A stretch of 64,000 bases of DNA. It comes from Perna viridis (taxonomy: Eukaryota). The notes beneath the pieces were generated by a model. It was not told where the DNA came from. It worked only from the letters and a program-made list of their open reading frames with translations, and searched no databases. This document shows, one piece after another, positions 51,391 through 63,130 of the stretch (the stretch's first letter is position 1; each line of letters starts with the position of its first letter). The stretch lies in NCBI GenBank assembly GCA_037379345.1, contig CM074521.1, forward strand, positions 496,001 to 560,000. The letters are read 5' to 3'. Made by a program: the position numbers and the translations under genes.

Positions 51391-52012
51391 TAAAAAAAAC
51401 ACGATATCCAGAAACACTCGAAAAGCTGTTCGATTATCTGAACATCTAAGACGTAGATATATTTTTGTTGCTGAGGTAAGGGAAATTGCGGGAGACGTTT
51501 ACAGCCATTTATCCATAATGCTTGATCTATAAATTGATATTATTAATAAACCCTTTGTCAAGTTGGTTTTATTTTTCTGGAGGCTAATATAGTGCACGTT
51601 CTTGAAAAATACAATAAGATCATATGCGGTTATTTTTTTGTATTTTTTGTTTTGTTTTTATTTTTTTTATTCTTTTTTTAGTTTATTTGTCTTTGTATTG
51701 TATTGTGTTTGTTTTGTTTTGTTTTTTTTATTTTCTTCCTTTGCCACACTTATAAACACATTTTGCCTGATTCTTATTCAGAAATATACTGCATAGCCGC
51801 CATTTGAGGGTATGTAAATACTAACTCTAGCTTCAGGTGAAAAATATCCATGGATTGGATATATATCATTTCTACTTTGAGCCGCTGATTAAAAGTACAG
51901 TTAATTTTTTTAACCACGGGGTAGTATTAAATTTCTGCAAGAAATTTTACATTGTCCTAGTTTTTCTTAGGAAACCGCTTCTCCTTCAGCCTTTTCCTCG
52001 ATTTTCATAAAA

Positions 52013-52156
52013 GTCCGATTTGCTCATTTAGTTTTGTTATTTTATATGTATTGTTTGGATATTCTATTTTTTTGTTGTGAGTGTCTGTTTTTCATGTCTG
52101 CTATTTGTCCCTGAATTACATTCTTTTGATTTCGCTTTTGATTCCCCTGATTACTC
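52013..52156 (+). mobile_element. Diverged Penelope-like family extreme 3' fragment
   Basis: agtccgatttgctcattt...gtctgtttttcatgtctgctatttgtccctgaattacattcttttgatttcgct...cccctgattactc. Confidence 0.7.
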
Positions 52157-52942
52157 ATTCAGTGTCACCTCCTTGGAATGTCTGATCGTGCAGGGTTTCC
52201 TTAATTTTGTTTTGTTTTTTTTTCGACGCAGTCAATATAGTTTCGCTTTTTCACTCTCTGACCTTAAAGACGATCTTCTACGGAAACGCAAGTCACCTGA
52301 TCGCAATTCTTTTTCCCGATTGGGCAAATACTGATGTCTCAGTGGCGTTCGAAAACCTGTATCGAATATTGAACTTGCGTCACATGTGTTATTTTCTTGC
52401 ATGAAATGTAGAAAAATTATTAGTTAAAAGAACAAAATTTTACTGCGTCGCCTATCTGTTTTTTTTCTTTTTAAGATAGTACTTGTTTATTAGTGCGCGC
52501 ACGCGCGCGCGTGTGTGTTATTTTTTCTTCAAACTAAAAACAAAATCTGCGTTACTATGCCCATAGGAAATTTCTTGTATATTTTTCCGACGCCGTCGGT
52601 ATATTTTCGCTTTTTACCGGCCTTTGAATTTATAAGACGCTCTTCCATAGAAACGCAAGTCGCCTGATCGCAATTCTAGAATAGAAAATTAAAAGTAGAA
52701 AGAACAAAATTTTACCGCGTCGGCCATCTTTTTTTTTAAAGATAGCACTTGTTTCTATTTCCGTTGAAATGACAAATATTGGAATAAAAAAATTGAGATT
52801 AATTAGAATTAACTAATTTACTACTGACAAAACTTTGACCCTATTACACACGAAAAAAAAAGTACCCGATAGCTTATGAACCCGTTCTTCTTTCTCACTG
52901 GAGGCTAAAAAATTGAGTGCGCTTTCTTTTTTGCTTTCCTGT

Positions 52943-53545
52943 ACAATACAATACAAAACAATACAATACAAAAGCTTTATTTAACGTCGATATTTTAGAA
53001 CAATACAACATAAGCTCCTGGGAGCTTTTAAAATCGACATACATGCACTTCAGTAAATAACATTTACTTCACAAATACAATACATGGCAACTATCTAGTT
53101 CTTTTAACATACACAAATCATCAGTAAACATATAAGGCAAATAGTAGCAAATCTAAATTAAGATTAAAATAAAAGCAGCACTATAAATAGCCAACAATGT
53201 AAAAGCATAAAGCAGTTATGAATAGCAAACAGAACAATGACATGATCTATCGTTCCATGAGTTTAGAAGATTCTTAAATTGAGTCAAAGGTGATTCTCTA
53301 CGAAAGTGGTCTGGCAGGTCATTCCAGGTTTTTGCAGAAAAATATCTGAAGGAGTTAAACCTATACCTTGATGTTCTGACGCTGGGTAGTATGCTGTGTT
53401 CTAATATCTGAAATTATATTTATTTTACATGTATACTGTCCAATTATTATCTTGAAAGTTTCAACTGCAATATTTCTAATTCTTCGTACTTTCAGTGATG
53501 GCATTTTTGATTTTCTTGGCTATATGAGTATCAAATTTCAACTGG
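52943..53545 (-). mobile_element. LINE (CR1/L2-group-like) 3' fragment with a (TTGTA)n tail
   Basis: Minus strand: NSFRYFSAKTWNDLPDHFRRESPLTQFKNLLNSWNDRSCHCSVC, then AATAAA and (ttgta)n. Confidence 0.75.
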
Positions 53546-54639
53546 TAATCTATTGTCCAACATTACTCCCAAAACTGGCAAAAGTTTTACTTCATCCTCA
53601 CATTTTATGGCATTATCACCAAGATCGAAAGAAATGTTTTTATCATTAGTTTTTCGGCCAATGGCAAGTGCCTGAAATCTGATTCACAGCAAACCAACCT
53701 ATCAAGAATCCAATATTCATTTTTCATCAAAGGTACAGGGTAAATATCAAGGCATGACACAAAAAAACAAAACATAACAAAACAAAACAAAAACAGTATT
53801 TTCATGAAAAGTAATGTTCAGAAAAGGGGTCTATTTTATGAACTATTTTGAAAGTAGAAAAAGTCTATTTTTAGTTCGACCTGTCCTGTTTGTTTGTTTG
53901 GTTTTTTTTCTAGAATGGACAAAAAAAAATATTTTTGACATTTCCTTAATGGAAAAACATGGTCAAACGTTAGATTGAAACGCCTTGTTTATTTATTTTT
54001 TTAAATCATGAAAATTTAAGGTATAATATAGAAGCCTATGGTGCAAAGACCATATCGCGGAGCAGTTAAGAGAATTTGTGTTAATGCTATGTATATAGGT
54101 TAGGAGAATATGACAATGGTATAAACACTAAGACGTTTTATTAATCTATTTCTGTCTTACCCTAGAATTTAAAATCGAATTCGTAGAACTTTAAATGTTT
54201 TCTTTTGAAATGGAACGTGAACTATAATTAAGGTTTTAGACGGGGAATTGCTTTAATACCTAAAATGCAGGAGGATATTTCTGTTGCTCAACGGTAACCA
54301 GAAGTCTCCCGCCTAATCACGAACTCTTTTAATACGCCAAATATAGTTCGGTGCAAATGAGAATGAAAGTAGGGAAAAAGATAAACATAACAGTGTATAC
54401 ATTATACATTATACAATGATAGAAATAACAACAAAATATGCAGTTTATAAAAAAGCAAAACAATGTAGTTTTTACAGTCAAACAGAAGCTGTGCTTGTAG
54501 CTCAACGTTAAATATATTACTGAATGATTATGATATCATTTGTTGGTTGATTTCGGAAGATAAGCTTGTTAAGTGCAGCTCCATAGTTGGATTTTACTTT
54601 TATAACATACATGATTAATTTTCAATTTTTCTTAACCAT

Positions 54640-55030
54640 TTACCAATGATCCATACGAAAATACATATAGATATATAACATTGGTTACCCATGGTCCCCC
54701 ATAGAAACATACATATAGAGGTAACTATGGGTTACTGATGGTCCCTTATAGGAACATACATATTGATATAGAGTTTGGTTACCCATGGTCCCCTATAGGA
54801 ACAAACATACACATGTATACAGATATAACATAGGATGACCAATGGTCCCCTGTAGGAACATACATATAGATACATGTATAACCTTGGGTTAACCATGGTT
54901 CCCAATAGGAACAAACATAAATAGATATAAAATTGGGCTACCCATGGACACTTATAGGAAAATACATAAAGATGTAACACTGGGTTACTCAAGATTCCCT
55001 CTTGGAACATACATATAGATGTAACATTAT
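54640..55030 (-). repeat. ~47-bp minisatellite, inverted relative to 59840-60605
   Basis: ggttacccatggtcccctataggaacatacatatagatataacatt. Confidence 0.85.
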
Positions 55031-55077
55031 ATATATATATAACGTCTCAGAACCTTTATATATATATATATATATAT

Positions 55078-55277
55078 AAGGGTCTGAAAAATTCCCAACG
55101 ATGTTAGAACTGTCAAATTTGCGAAGCAAATTTTTGGTCGTTCCCTCCGTGGGACTCGAACTTGTACTGCTGTGACATCTATGGCAACACCGCCTGCACT
55201 AAGTCCAGCGCCCTAGACCACTCGGCCAGCTAGGCTATATGAAATATAGCATTCGCTGACCGGGTCATTCCTCCTCG
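55078..55277 (-). mobile_element. tRNA-derived SINE-like copy with leader and (TA)n tail
   Basis: Reverse complement of 31594-31795, including the leader gaggaggaatgacccggtcagcgaatgctata; A-box TGGCCGAGTGG and B-box GTTCGAGTCC. Confidence 0.85.
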
Positions 55278-55299
55278 TAGGATTAATCTAAGGCTGTAA

Positions 55300-58200
55300 C
55301 AAAGCTGGCAAAAGCATTTAGATGCACCTAACAACTATCTAGAACTTTGCAAAAGCATCTGGATGCGTTGCATAACTATCTTCTCAACGGCATTTAGATG
55401 CTTCTGAAAAGTATTTAAATACTTCGCAAAAGAATATAGATGCTTCTCACAACTGTCTAGATACTTATCGAAAGTATCTAGATACTTCTCACAAGTATTT
55501 AGATACTTCGCAAAAGCATCTAGATACTTATGAAAATATCTAAGTAGTTTTAACTGCAAAAGCATCTAAATGCTTGTCACGACTATGAACATTTTATCAA
55601 AGATACATCGATGATATTATTCGGTTGTATCGTATTTATGTAAAATAAAATGTACCAATATAATTGTGAGGATCAGTTGTATATAGATAGTTGTTAGAGA
55701 GTAATCAAGGGAACCAAGGTTATGATCAAAAGAATGTAATCCAGGGACAAAGACCAGACATGGAAAACAGACATACACAACAAAGAACATAAAGTAACTA
55801 AAATCATACATACAAAGTAACAAAAGCAAATGAGCAACTCGGACGCCACTAAAATCTGGGAGCATGGACCAGGTGCACCGGTAGGGTAAGCGTCCTCTGC
55901 TTTTCTAGAAACATCCGCCGAGTTGCTCGTAAAAAGTCAAGTCCGGTGTAAACAAATGAGGAAAGGAAACCGGTTGAATAAATCAGTTTTCATGGTGCAG
56001 ATTGATACATCATAACGATCCACTAGTTCATGATGACGACCATAAAACTTCTGTAGTGATGACTTCAGTCTTGTAGCAACATAACCCTATTCCAGAAGCC
56101 TACTTGTTAGAGTTCTACTGCAATACAGAAAGTTTGCATAGTTTCGGCAATTTTAAGCTCTGGCATAACGTAGGAGTTGTGATATTAACACTCCGGTGCT
56201 GAAGGGATGTTGCCACAGATGAAAGGAAAGTTGACAATTCTTAATGAAAAGTCATCACGTTTGTCGTAAAGTTTGGTCAATAGTTTTCCTTTACCATCGA
56301 TTTCTAAGTGTAGGTCAAGATATGAGGCCGACTTCACAGTGTCTGAAGTATCCTTTATCTCAAGTTCTTTGGGGTAGATGCGATGTATCAAATCCCGAAA
56401 TTAGGATTGTTTAAAGATAATACGTCATCTGTATAGCGGAAACTTGAGATTAAAGGATCTAGCCAAACGATATTCTTTTTTTTTGGATCAGATCAGCTAT
56501 AAAGTCAGCCTCATAAGAGTGAAGGAATAGGTCAGCAAGTAAAGGAGCATAATTTGTTCCCATTGAAATGCCGACCGTTTGTTGAAAAACACGTCCACCA
56601 CACTGGACAAATATGTTGTCGATTAAAAATTCCAGCATTTGGTAAACATCTTCCTCTGTATATTTGGAAGATGATTTGGAATTATTTCTTACAAAGCACG
56701 AGGAATCTCTACCAAGAACTATATATTTGTATCTAGGTGTACTATCTTGTTTGGAAAAAAACAACGATGTTTAATGTTTTAAGTCGGGATTTTAAAGTAT
56801 GGGGAATAGAAGTATACAGTGTTGAAAAATCATAGGTTTTAATGCTATTATATTCAGATAATAGTCTTGAACTGATTGTCTCCAAAAGATCTTTCGAATT
56901 ATTCAGGATCCACATTGAATGTATACCACTACGGGAGTAACAAGTGTTGTGGTAGGACTGTAGACCCTCTTTGACAGTTGTGAGTATAGAAGTTAAAAGT
57001 TTTGAAAGAGGTTTGGAAGTACATTTTGCAGATCCAGCTATGAAACGTTGTTTGTATGGATTCTTGTGGAGTTTATGAATCCAGTACATAGACGGTAAAT
57101 CACAATCATCGTCCTTGGTAGAGAGACCCAAAGAGGATAGCACAGATTTATGGTTTTCCACAATCTTTACATGTTTTTGCGAAGTATCTAAATACTTCGC
57201 AAAAGCATCTAGATACTTGTCACATGTATCTCGGTACTTTGCAAAATCATCTAAATGTTTCTCACAACTATCTAAATATTTCTCACACATATATAGATAA
57301 TCCTCACAATTATATTGATAAATGTACGTGTACTTCACATGAATACGATACAACTAAATTGTATCAGCGATGTATTTTTGTTGCTGTATGCATATATATT
57401 AATTGTACTAATTGTTTGTTTTTTTAGTCCCCGGTTGAATGTCCATGAACGACAGGCTATTCAACCAGTTCTAGGTCAAATAGCCACTGCTTAACAATTT
57501 TGCATTTACGTTAAAAAAAAATCTTATCCGACATCAAGTCCTTACCCAGCCCCCCACTCCACCCCCCCCCTCCCCGGATAAAAAGTGGTCCGCCATTTTT
57601 AGTATGCATAAAATATATAGAGTATCCGACTTAGCCCCCAAATTAAAGGTTTGCGGTCTATTTTGTTGACCTCAGCGGACATGTAGCTCTCTAAAATCAT
57701 TGTTTTACAACAATTCCACTATGATCTTCTACAGATAGTGACGGTCTTGGAGATAGTTGTGAATCCGGGGGTGGTGTTATTGGGTTGCTATTTTGCTTCA
57801 TTCGCCGAATCGCTCGTATGTCAAGTCCGTTAGTGATCCAAAGTCACTGTGGAAAACTATGGTACAGGAAACAAGTAAGTCTGTCCTCATAGCAGATATA
57901 ATAACGCTATATGATCCTACATTCATCTATAAGTTCGTGATGGCGATCATGGAGCTTATTTTTCAGAATAAGGAAACAGTGAATAATATTGGCGGCGACA
58001 TCAATATTATTCCAATTTTTTATCCGTTTTGCGTAATTTGATTAAATTTCTAGCCGTGTCTAGATAGTTGTATGAAGTATTTAGATACATGTGGATAAGG
58101 CAAGCATCTAGATACTTTTGAGAAGTATCTACTAGGTGCTCGTGAAAAGTTTCTAGATAGTTTTGAGAAGCATCTAGAAGCCTTGAAAAGTACCTAGATA

Positions 58201-58300
58201 GTTGTGAGAAATATCAAGATAGTTGTGAGAAGCATCTAGATGCTTCTGAGAAGTATCTAGATAGTTGTGGTGAGCATCTAGATGCTTGTTAGATGTATTT
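55300..58300. repeat. Blocks of a degenerate 21-bp repeat (agcatctagatacttcgcaaa) at 55300-55580 and 57170-57290, inverted at 58055-58300
   Basis: Repeated (g/c)atctagata(c/g)tt cores; the 58055-58300 block is in the opposite orientation. Confidence 0.7.
55697..57170 (-). mobile_element. Penelope-like retroelement, 5'-truncated and frameshifted, RT ORF without a C-terminal endonuclease
   Basis: LPSMYWIHKLHKNPYKQRFIAGS, YDFSTLYTSIPH, FLIDNIFVQ.GG.VFQQTVGISMGTNYAPLLADLFL, FRYTDDVLSL, SASYLDL, LYDKRDDF..IVNFP....NIP, LLRYARA, then the family 3' UTR. Confidence 0.85.
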
Positions 58301-59839
58301 TCCGAACGAACCAATATGTCAAGAAGTGATGGAGAACAAATAGCCGAAAGGACCTCACCTAACCAGTAGAGCGAAAATGATCAAAGCACAGAGTTTTGTG
58401 TATAAGGGAGTTACTCCTTTTAATATTTCATTATTTATGATATGTTTGATTGAAATTACATTATCTGATTCAAAGTGTTAATCTAGATGTAATTAGTACA
58501 ATCTGAGTGATGTCAATAAAATTATAATACTGTTGCACAGGACTTATAAGGACACTTTCATTTTTTCGACTAGATTTTTCTAATGTTTGATTTTGCAGCA
58601 AATATGAAATTATACCTTTTTGGACTACTTTACAAAAGTCTTACCCCTACCAATGTTTGTCAGAACATAACTGTTTAGGCAAAAGACCACATGAAATATT
58701 GCACAAAGCATTTCTAAACAGAATATAGACAACTCAGGGTACAACACTCCTAAACTAATGTAAAAATCAATAGCAGATAATTTAATTATAAAAAAAAAAC
58801 AGAGTATTGCAACCCTCTTTTGAAGTAGACATTCAGAATGACAAACCCTTGACATGTTGACAAATCTGAATCAGAATACCCTACAACTGTAATTTTATAC
58901 ACTTAACATACAATCATAACTTGAATCAATAACATGATTCCAGTGATGAAAAATGTCATTGTGTGTGTAACCCCTCCCCTTTTGTATGCAGCTCGTTTTA
59001 AGAGCGTAAGCAATACTTCTGCATGCGCAAGAATCCAAAATTTAGCCTAGACGCCGGATTCACTGTGTAAAGTTTCAAAATTTTAGGCTGGAGTCGCTGT
59101 CATTTTTTTAGAGTACGCTAAAATCAAGGGTCGGGACACATCCCCATCATTCATATATTAAGTAAATAAGCATGTTAAAACCTACCTGCTTTACTTAGTC
59201 ACACCTTCTTGTCAATAACCAGGCATAGGTATTGATTATCTGGATAACATTAAAACAATGGATAACGAAATATAGAAAGATGTCACAAACACACAAAATA
59301 TAAAAAAAATTTTTGACCCCATACGCTGCAATACAAACCCATTCCTCCAAATAATTGTTATTTAGACTAATACAGCCAATAACAATCCAACCCGCGTCTA
59401 GACAACATGACTTGTTAAGACATAAGAATGTGTTTTTATTTAAGACTAGAATAACTTTCCGTTTACATAGAGTATATTCTCATGACTTCTTTGCATATTA
59501 TTATAGCATGGATCCAATACCTTCTTTTCCATAATTAAATGTATCAGGAATAATATACGTATATACATTTGGTAATTGTGATAGAAGTTTACTCTATCAT
59601 TTTAAAATTATAGTGCATGCATAGCATAGCTTCACTAAGATTAAATGAACAGTAAATTAGATAAAAAAAAGTTAGAAATAAAAATGGAGCACAATTTTTT
59701 TATTCTTCCTGGTTATCAAAAAGCAATACTTGATCATTTAGTTCTTTCCCGGGGTTTTAAGTCAAGATGTCTGTAACACAGACACTGGAATATGGTTCGT
59801 GTTGTCCAAAAACTTCTAAAAAGTTCGGGATCCTGAATA

Positions 59840-60605
59840 ACCCTATGTTATATTTATATGTATGTTTCAATAGGGGACCATGGGTAACTCAGTGTTATAT
59901 CTATATGTCTTTTCTTACAGAGGACAATGGGTGACCCAATATTATATCTATACATATGTTTATACAGGGGACCATGGGTAACCAAATGTTAAATCTATAT
60001 GTATTTTCCTTCAGAGGACCATGGAAAACAAAATGTTACATCTATATGTATGTTTCTACAGAGAACCATAGGTAACCCAATGTTATATCTATATGTATAT
60101 TCCTACAGAGGACCATGGGTAACCGAATGTTATATACACATGTATATCGGTTATGTTCATACAGGGGACCATGGGTAACCCAGTGTTTTATCAATATGTA
60201 TTGTTCTATTGGGGACCAAGGGAATTCCAATGTTATATTTATAAGTTAGTTCATATACGGAACCTAGGGTAACCTGATGTTATATCTATATTTATGTTCT
60301 TAAAGAGGACCATGAGCAAACCTACTTTATATCTGTATGTATTTTGCAATAGAGGACCACGGGTAACCCAATGTTAATATATATATGTATGTTCCTATAA
60401 TATAAGGGACATTGGTAACCCAATGTTAAATATATACATGTATGTATGTTTCTATAAGGGACCATTGGTAACCCAATGTTATATCTATATGTATGTTCCT
60501 ATAAGGGACCATTGGTAACCCAATGTTATATCTATATGTATGTTCCAATCGGGGACCATGGGTATAACCCAATGTTATATCTATTCTATATATATATGTT
60601 CCTAC
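59840..60605 (+). repeat. ~47-bp minisatellite, ~15 copies
   Basis: aatgttatatctatatgtatgttcctataagggaccattggtaaccc. Confidence 0.9.
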
Positions 60606-61634
60606 AGATAGAATAAACAATGTCCTTTATAAGCTGTTTATAGCTATATCGTCTACTGAGAAGCTCTTAAGAATTAAACGAAGTTTCTTACTTTAATAAA
60701 AAAGGGATTCACATAATAATTATATCTATGAATCGGGGTTTAAATCTAATATTTTACATTAATTCAGCAGTAAAGTATTGTAAATCCTTTATTTATATGT
60801 GTGTTAGTGTCCGAGCGTGTGTGTAATTATTTAGTGATAACTTTCGGCAAAAACACTCCTTTTATTTTTTATGCAACATGACCACATTTTTGTAAAGTGA
60901 AATTAGATATAAATAACCTCCAATATGTGTAAATTAGTACGCCATCATCTGGCACTATTTAGGAGGATCTCTTGTCACCGTTGAGCGACAGAAATATCCT
61001 TGTGCACCTTAAATAGTTTACTAGGAAGTCCTCGGAAGTTTCCACAACCTCTACGCATTTGCTTGTTATAACTTGATCAGCCTAGATGTATTTATTTGTA
61101 TATATATCCGACCTTTAGAACACTCTGAGATAAATGTTGAGGTGAACGGTTGTATTGAAACCAAACATTACTTGATGTAAAGATCAGTAAGGTAAGACAA
61201 AAAAAAGCAAACCTCAATTTTTCTAATGCAATTATATAATCCGAAACTCCTTAGCACATTGCTGGGAAATGCTCTGCCGCAAACACTTAAATTGCTGACA
61301 TGAATAAAAAAAAAACCCAAGCAAAATACTTCCTTCTTGTTACTGAATAATTACATTTATTCATACATACAATACTGATTTCAGGTAAGCCCTGCTCTTT
61401 TTGTTTGCTTTACTGCGTTACATTCTCTCTTTTTATTTAATAATAAATTGATAATAACATGTTTTGTAGGCACGTTCTGATCGATATTCATATCAGATAA
61501 GTAAATAAGTACAGAAACAAGGGGATGATCCAGATATTTATAAAAGGGGCATCTTTTAGGGGTTCCGGACTACTATCATTTGCTCATATCTAATAAAGGG
61601 CTAAGCATGGCAAGCCAAAGTGGACAGAAAAATG

Positions 61635-62215
61635 AGTTTTCTAATATTAAAAAAAAATCAATTGAATTTCTCATATTAAAAAAAGGATTTTTTAATATTA
61701 GAAATTGATTTTTTAATATTAGAAAATAGATTTGTTGTTTTCAATTACTATTTTTTAATATAATCATTATATCATAATATATAATCATTTTGTAATATTA
61801 AACTAATTGAATGACTTTGTAATATTGCAAAGTGGATTTTAGATATTATAAATTTATTTTCTAATTTAACAAATTCATTTTCTAATATTACAAATTTAAT
61901 TTGTAATATTACTAAATTAGGAATTTGTAATATTACAAAATGAATATTTAAATATTACAAAATGAGTTTATAATATTAAAAAAATATTTTCTGATATTAA
62001 AGAATGATCATGTAATATAAAAAAAATGTGTTTTCTAATATTACAAAATAGGTGTTTTCTAATATTACAAAATACCTGTTTTTTTAATATTAAAAAATAA
62101 TTTTTTGATATTACAAATTGGTTTTCCAATATTGCAAATTTATTTTCTAATGTTACAAATTTGATTTCTAATATTACAAAACCTTTTTTTATTATTAAAA
62201 ATTCAATTGAATTTC
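61635..62215. repeat. Degenerate AT-rich ~21-bp repeat array
   Basis: Recurrent ttttctaatattacaaa core. Confidence 0.75.
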
Positions 62216-63130
62216 GCTAATAGTATATTTAAAGAGAAGATAAAGTATAATTATGTCGCAACGATTCATTAGAGTACACCGGGCTGTTATATATAAGTAC
62301 ATGTAGTTTGCACTGTAAATAGGCTCAATTTAAGTTTTACATGCATGTGCATATGCAAATTACCCAATTTTTTTTAAACAACTTTGGGCTTCACAAACCT
62401 GGAATTAATACTTTAATTGTACATAACCCCGCTAAGTCAAACCAAGGACATAAGTCAAATATACGAAGTAACAGAAATAAACATAAAAATGAAAACCAAT
62501 GTAATAATGGGACCAAGGAGCAATATATATAAGCACCTCCATTACTAAATCATTCGCGTACCCGTTAACACAAAAGAAAATAAAAAAGAAAAACGTTTGG
62601 TAGCTTACTACTTTATCAGTTTGATGAGACCGCAACTTTTTTTTGAAATTCGAGATTAACAGTTTGAAGGGGGCTGGTGGTTATACATTTATTAAATATT
62701 TGTACAGTTTTGATATATGTACATTGCTCTGTGAGCAAAAGGCGTCAAACCTGCACTCTAGTTTTACAACTTTCAAAGGCAATTAACAGTTGACTAGTAA
62801 TTAGCGGAAAAAAAGCTGTGCATTCTAAGGATTTTTATGAGCGTCCTTCCATTTTAAAAGACACCATTACGCTTGGTTTAAGAAAAATACAGATTGTGTT
62901 GAAACTGGTCCTGAACGAACCCCAAGTAAACCATAAGCCTGTCCAAACATGAAGTATGTTTAAAACGATTGGACGTGTATTACTGAACACATCTGTAAGT
63001 TCCGAAGGAGTTCCGTTTACACAGGTTTCAGTGCCCTGTCTACGTCTGGTTATCTTCACCGCGGTCTATTTACAAGGCATATACATTCAATTGTATTGCA
63101 GGTGTTATTTCTACAGTAAATACTAGTAGA

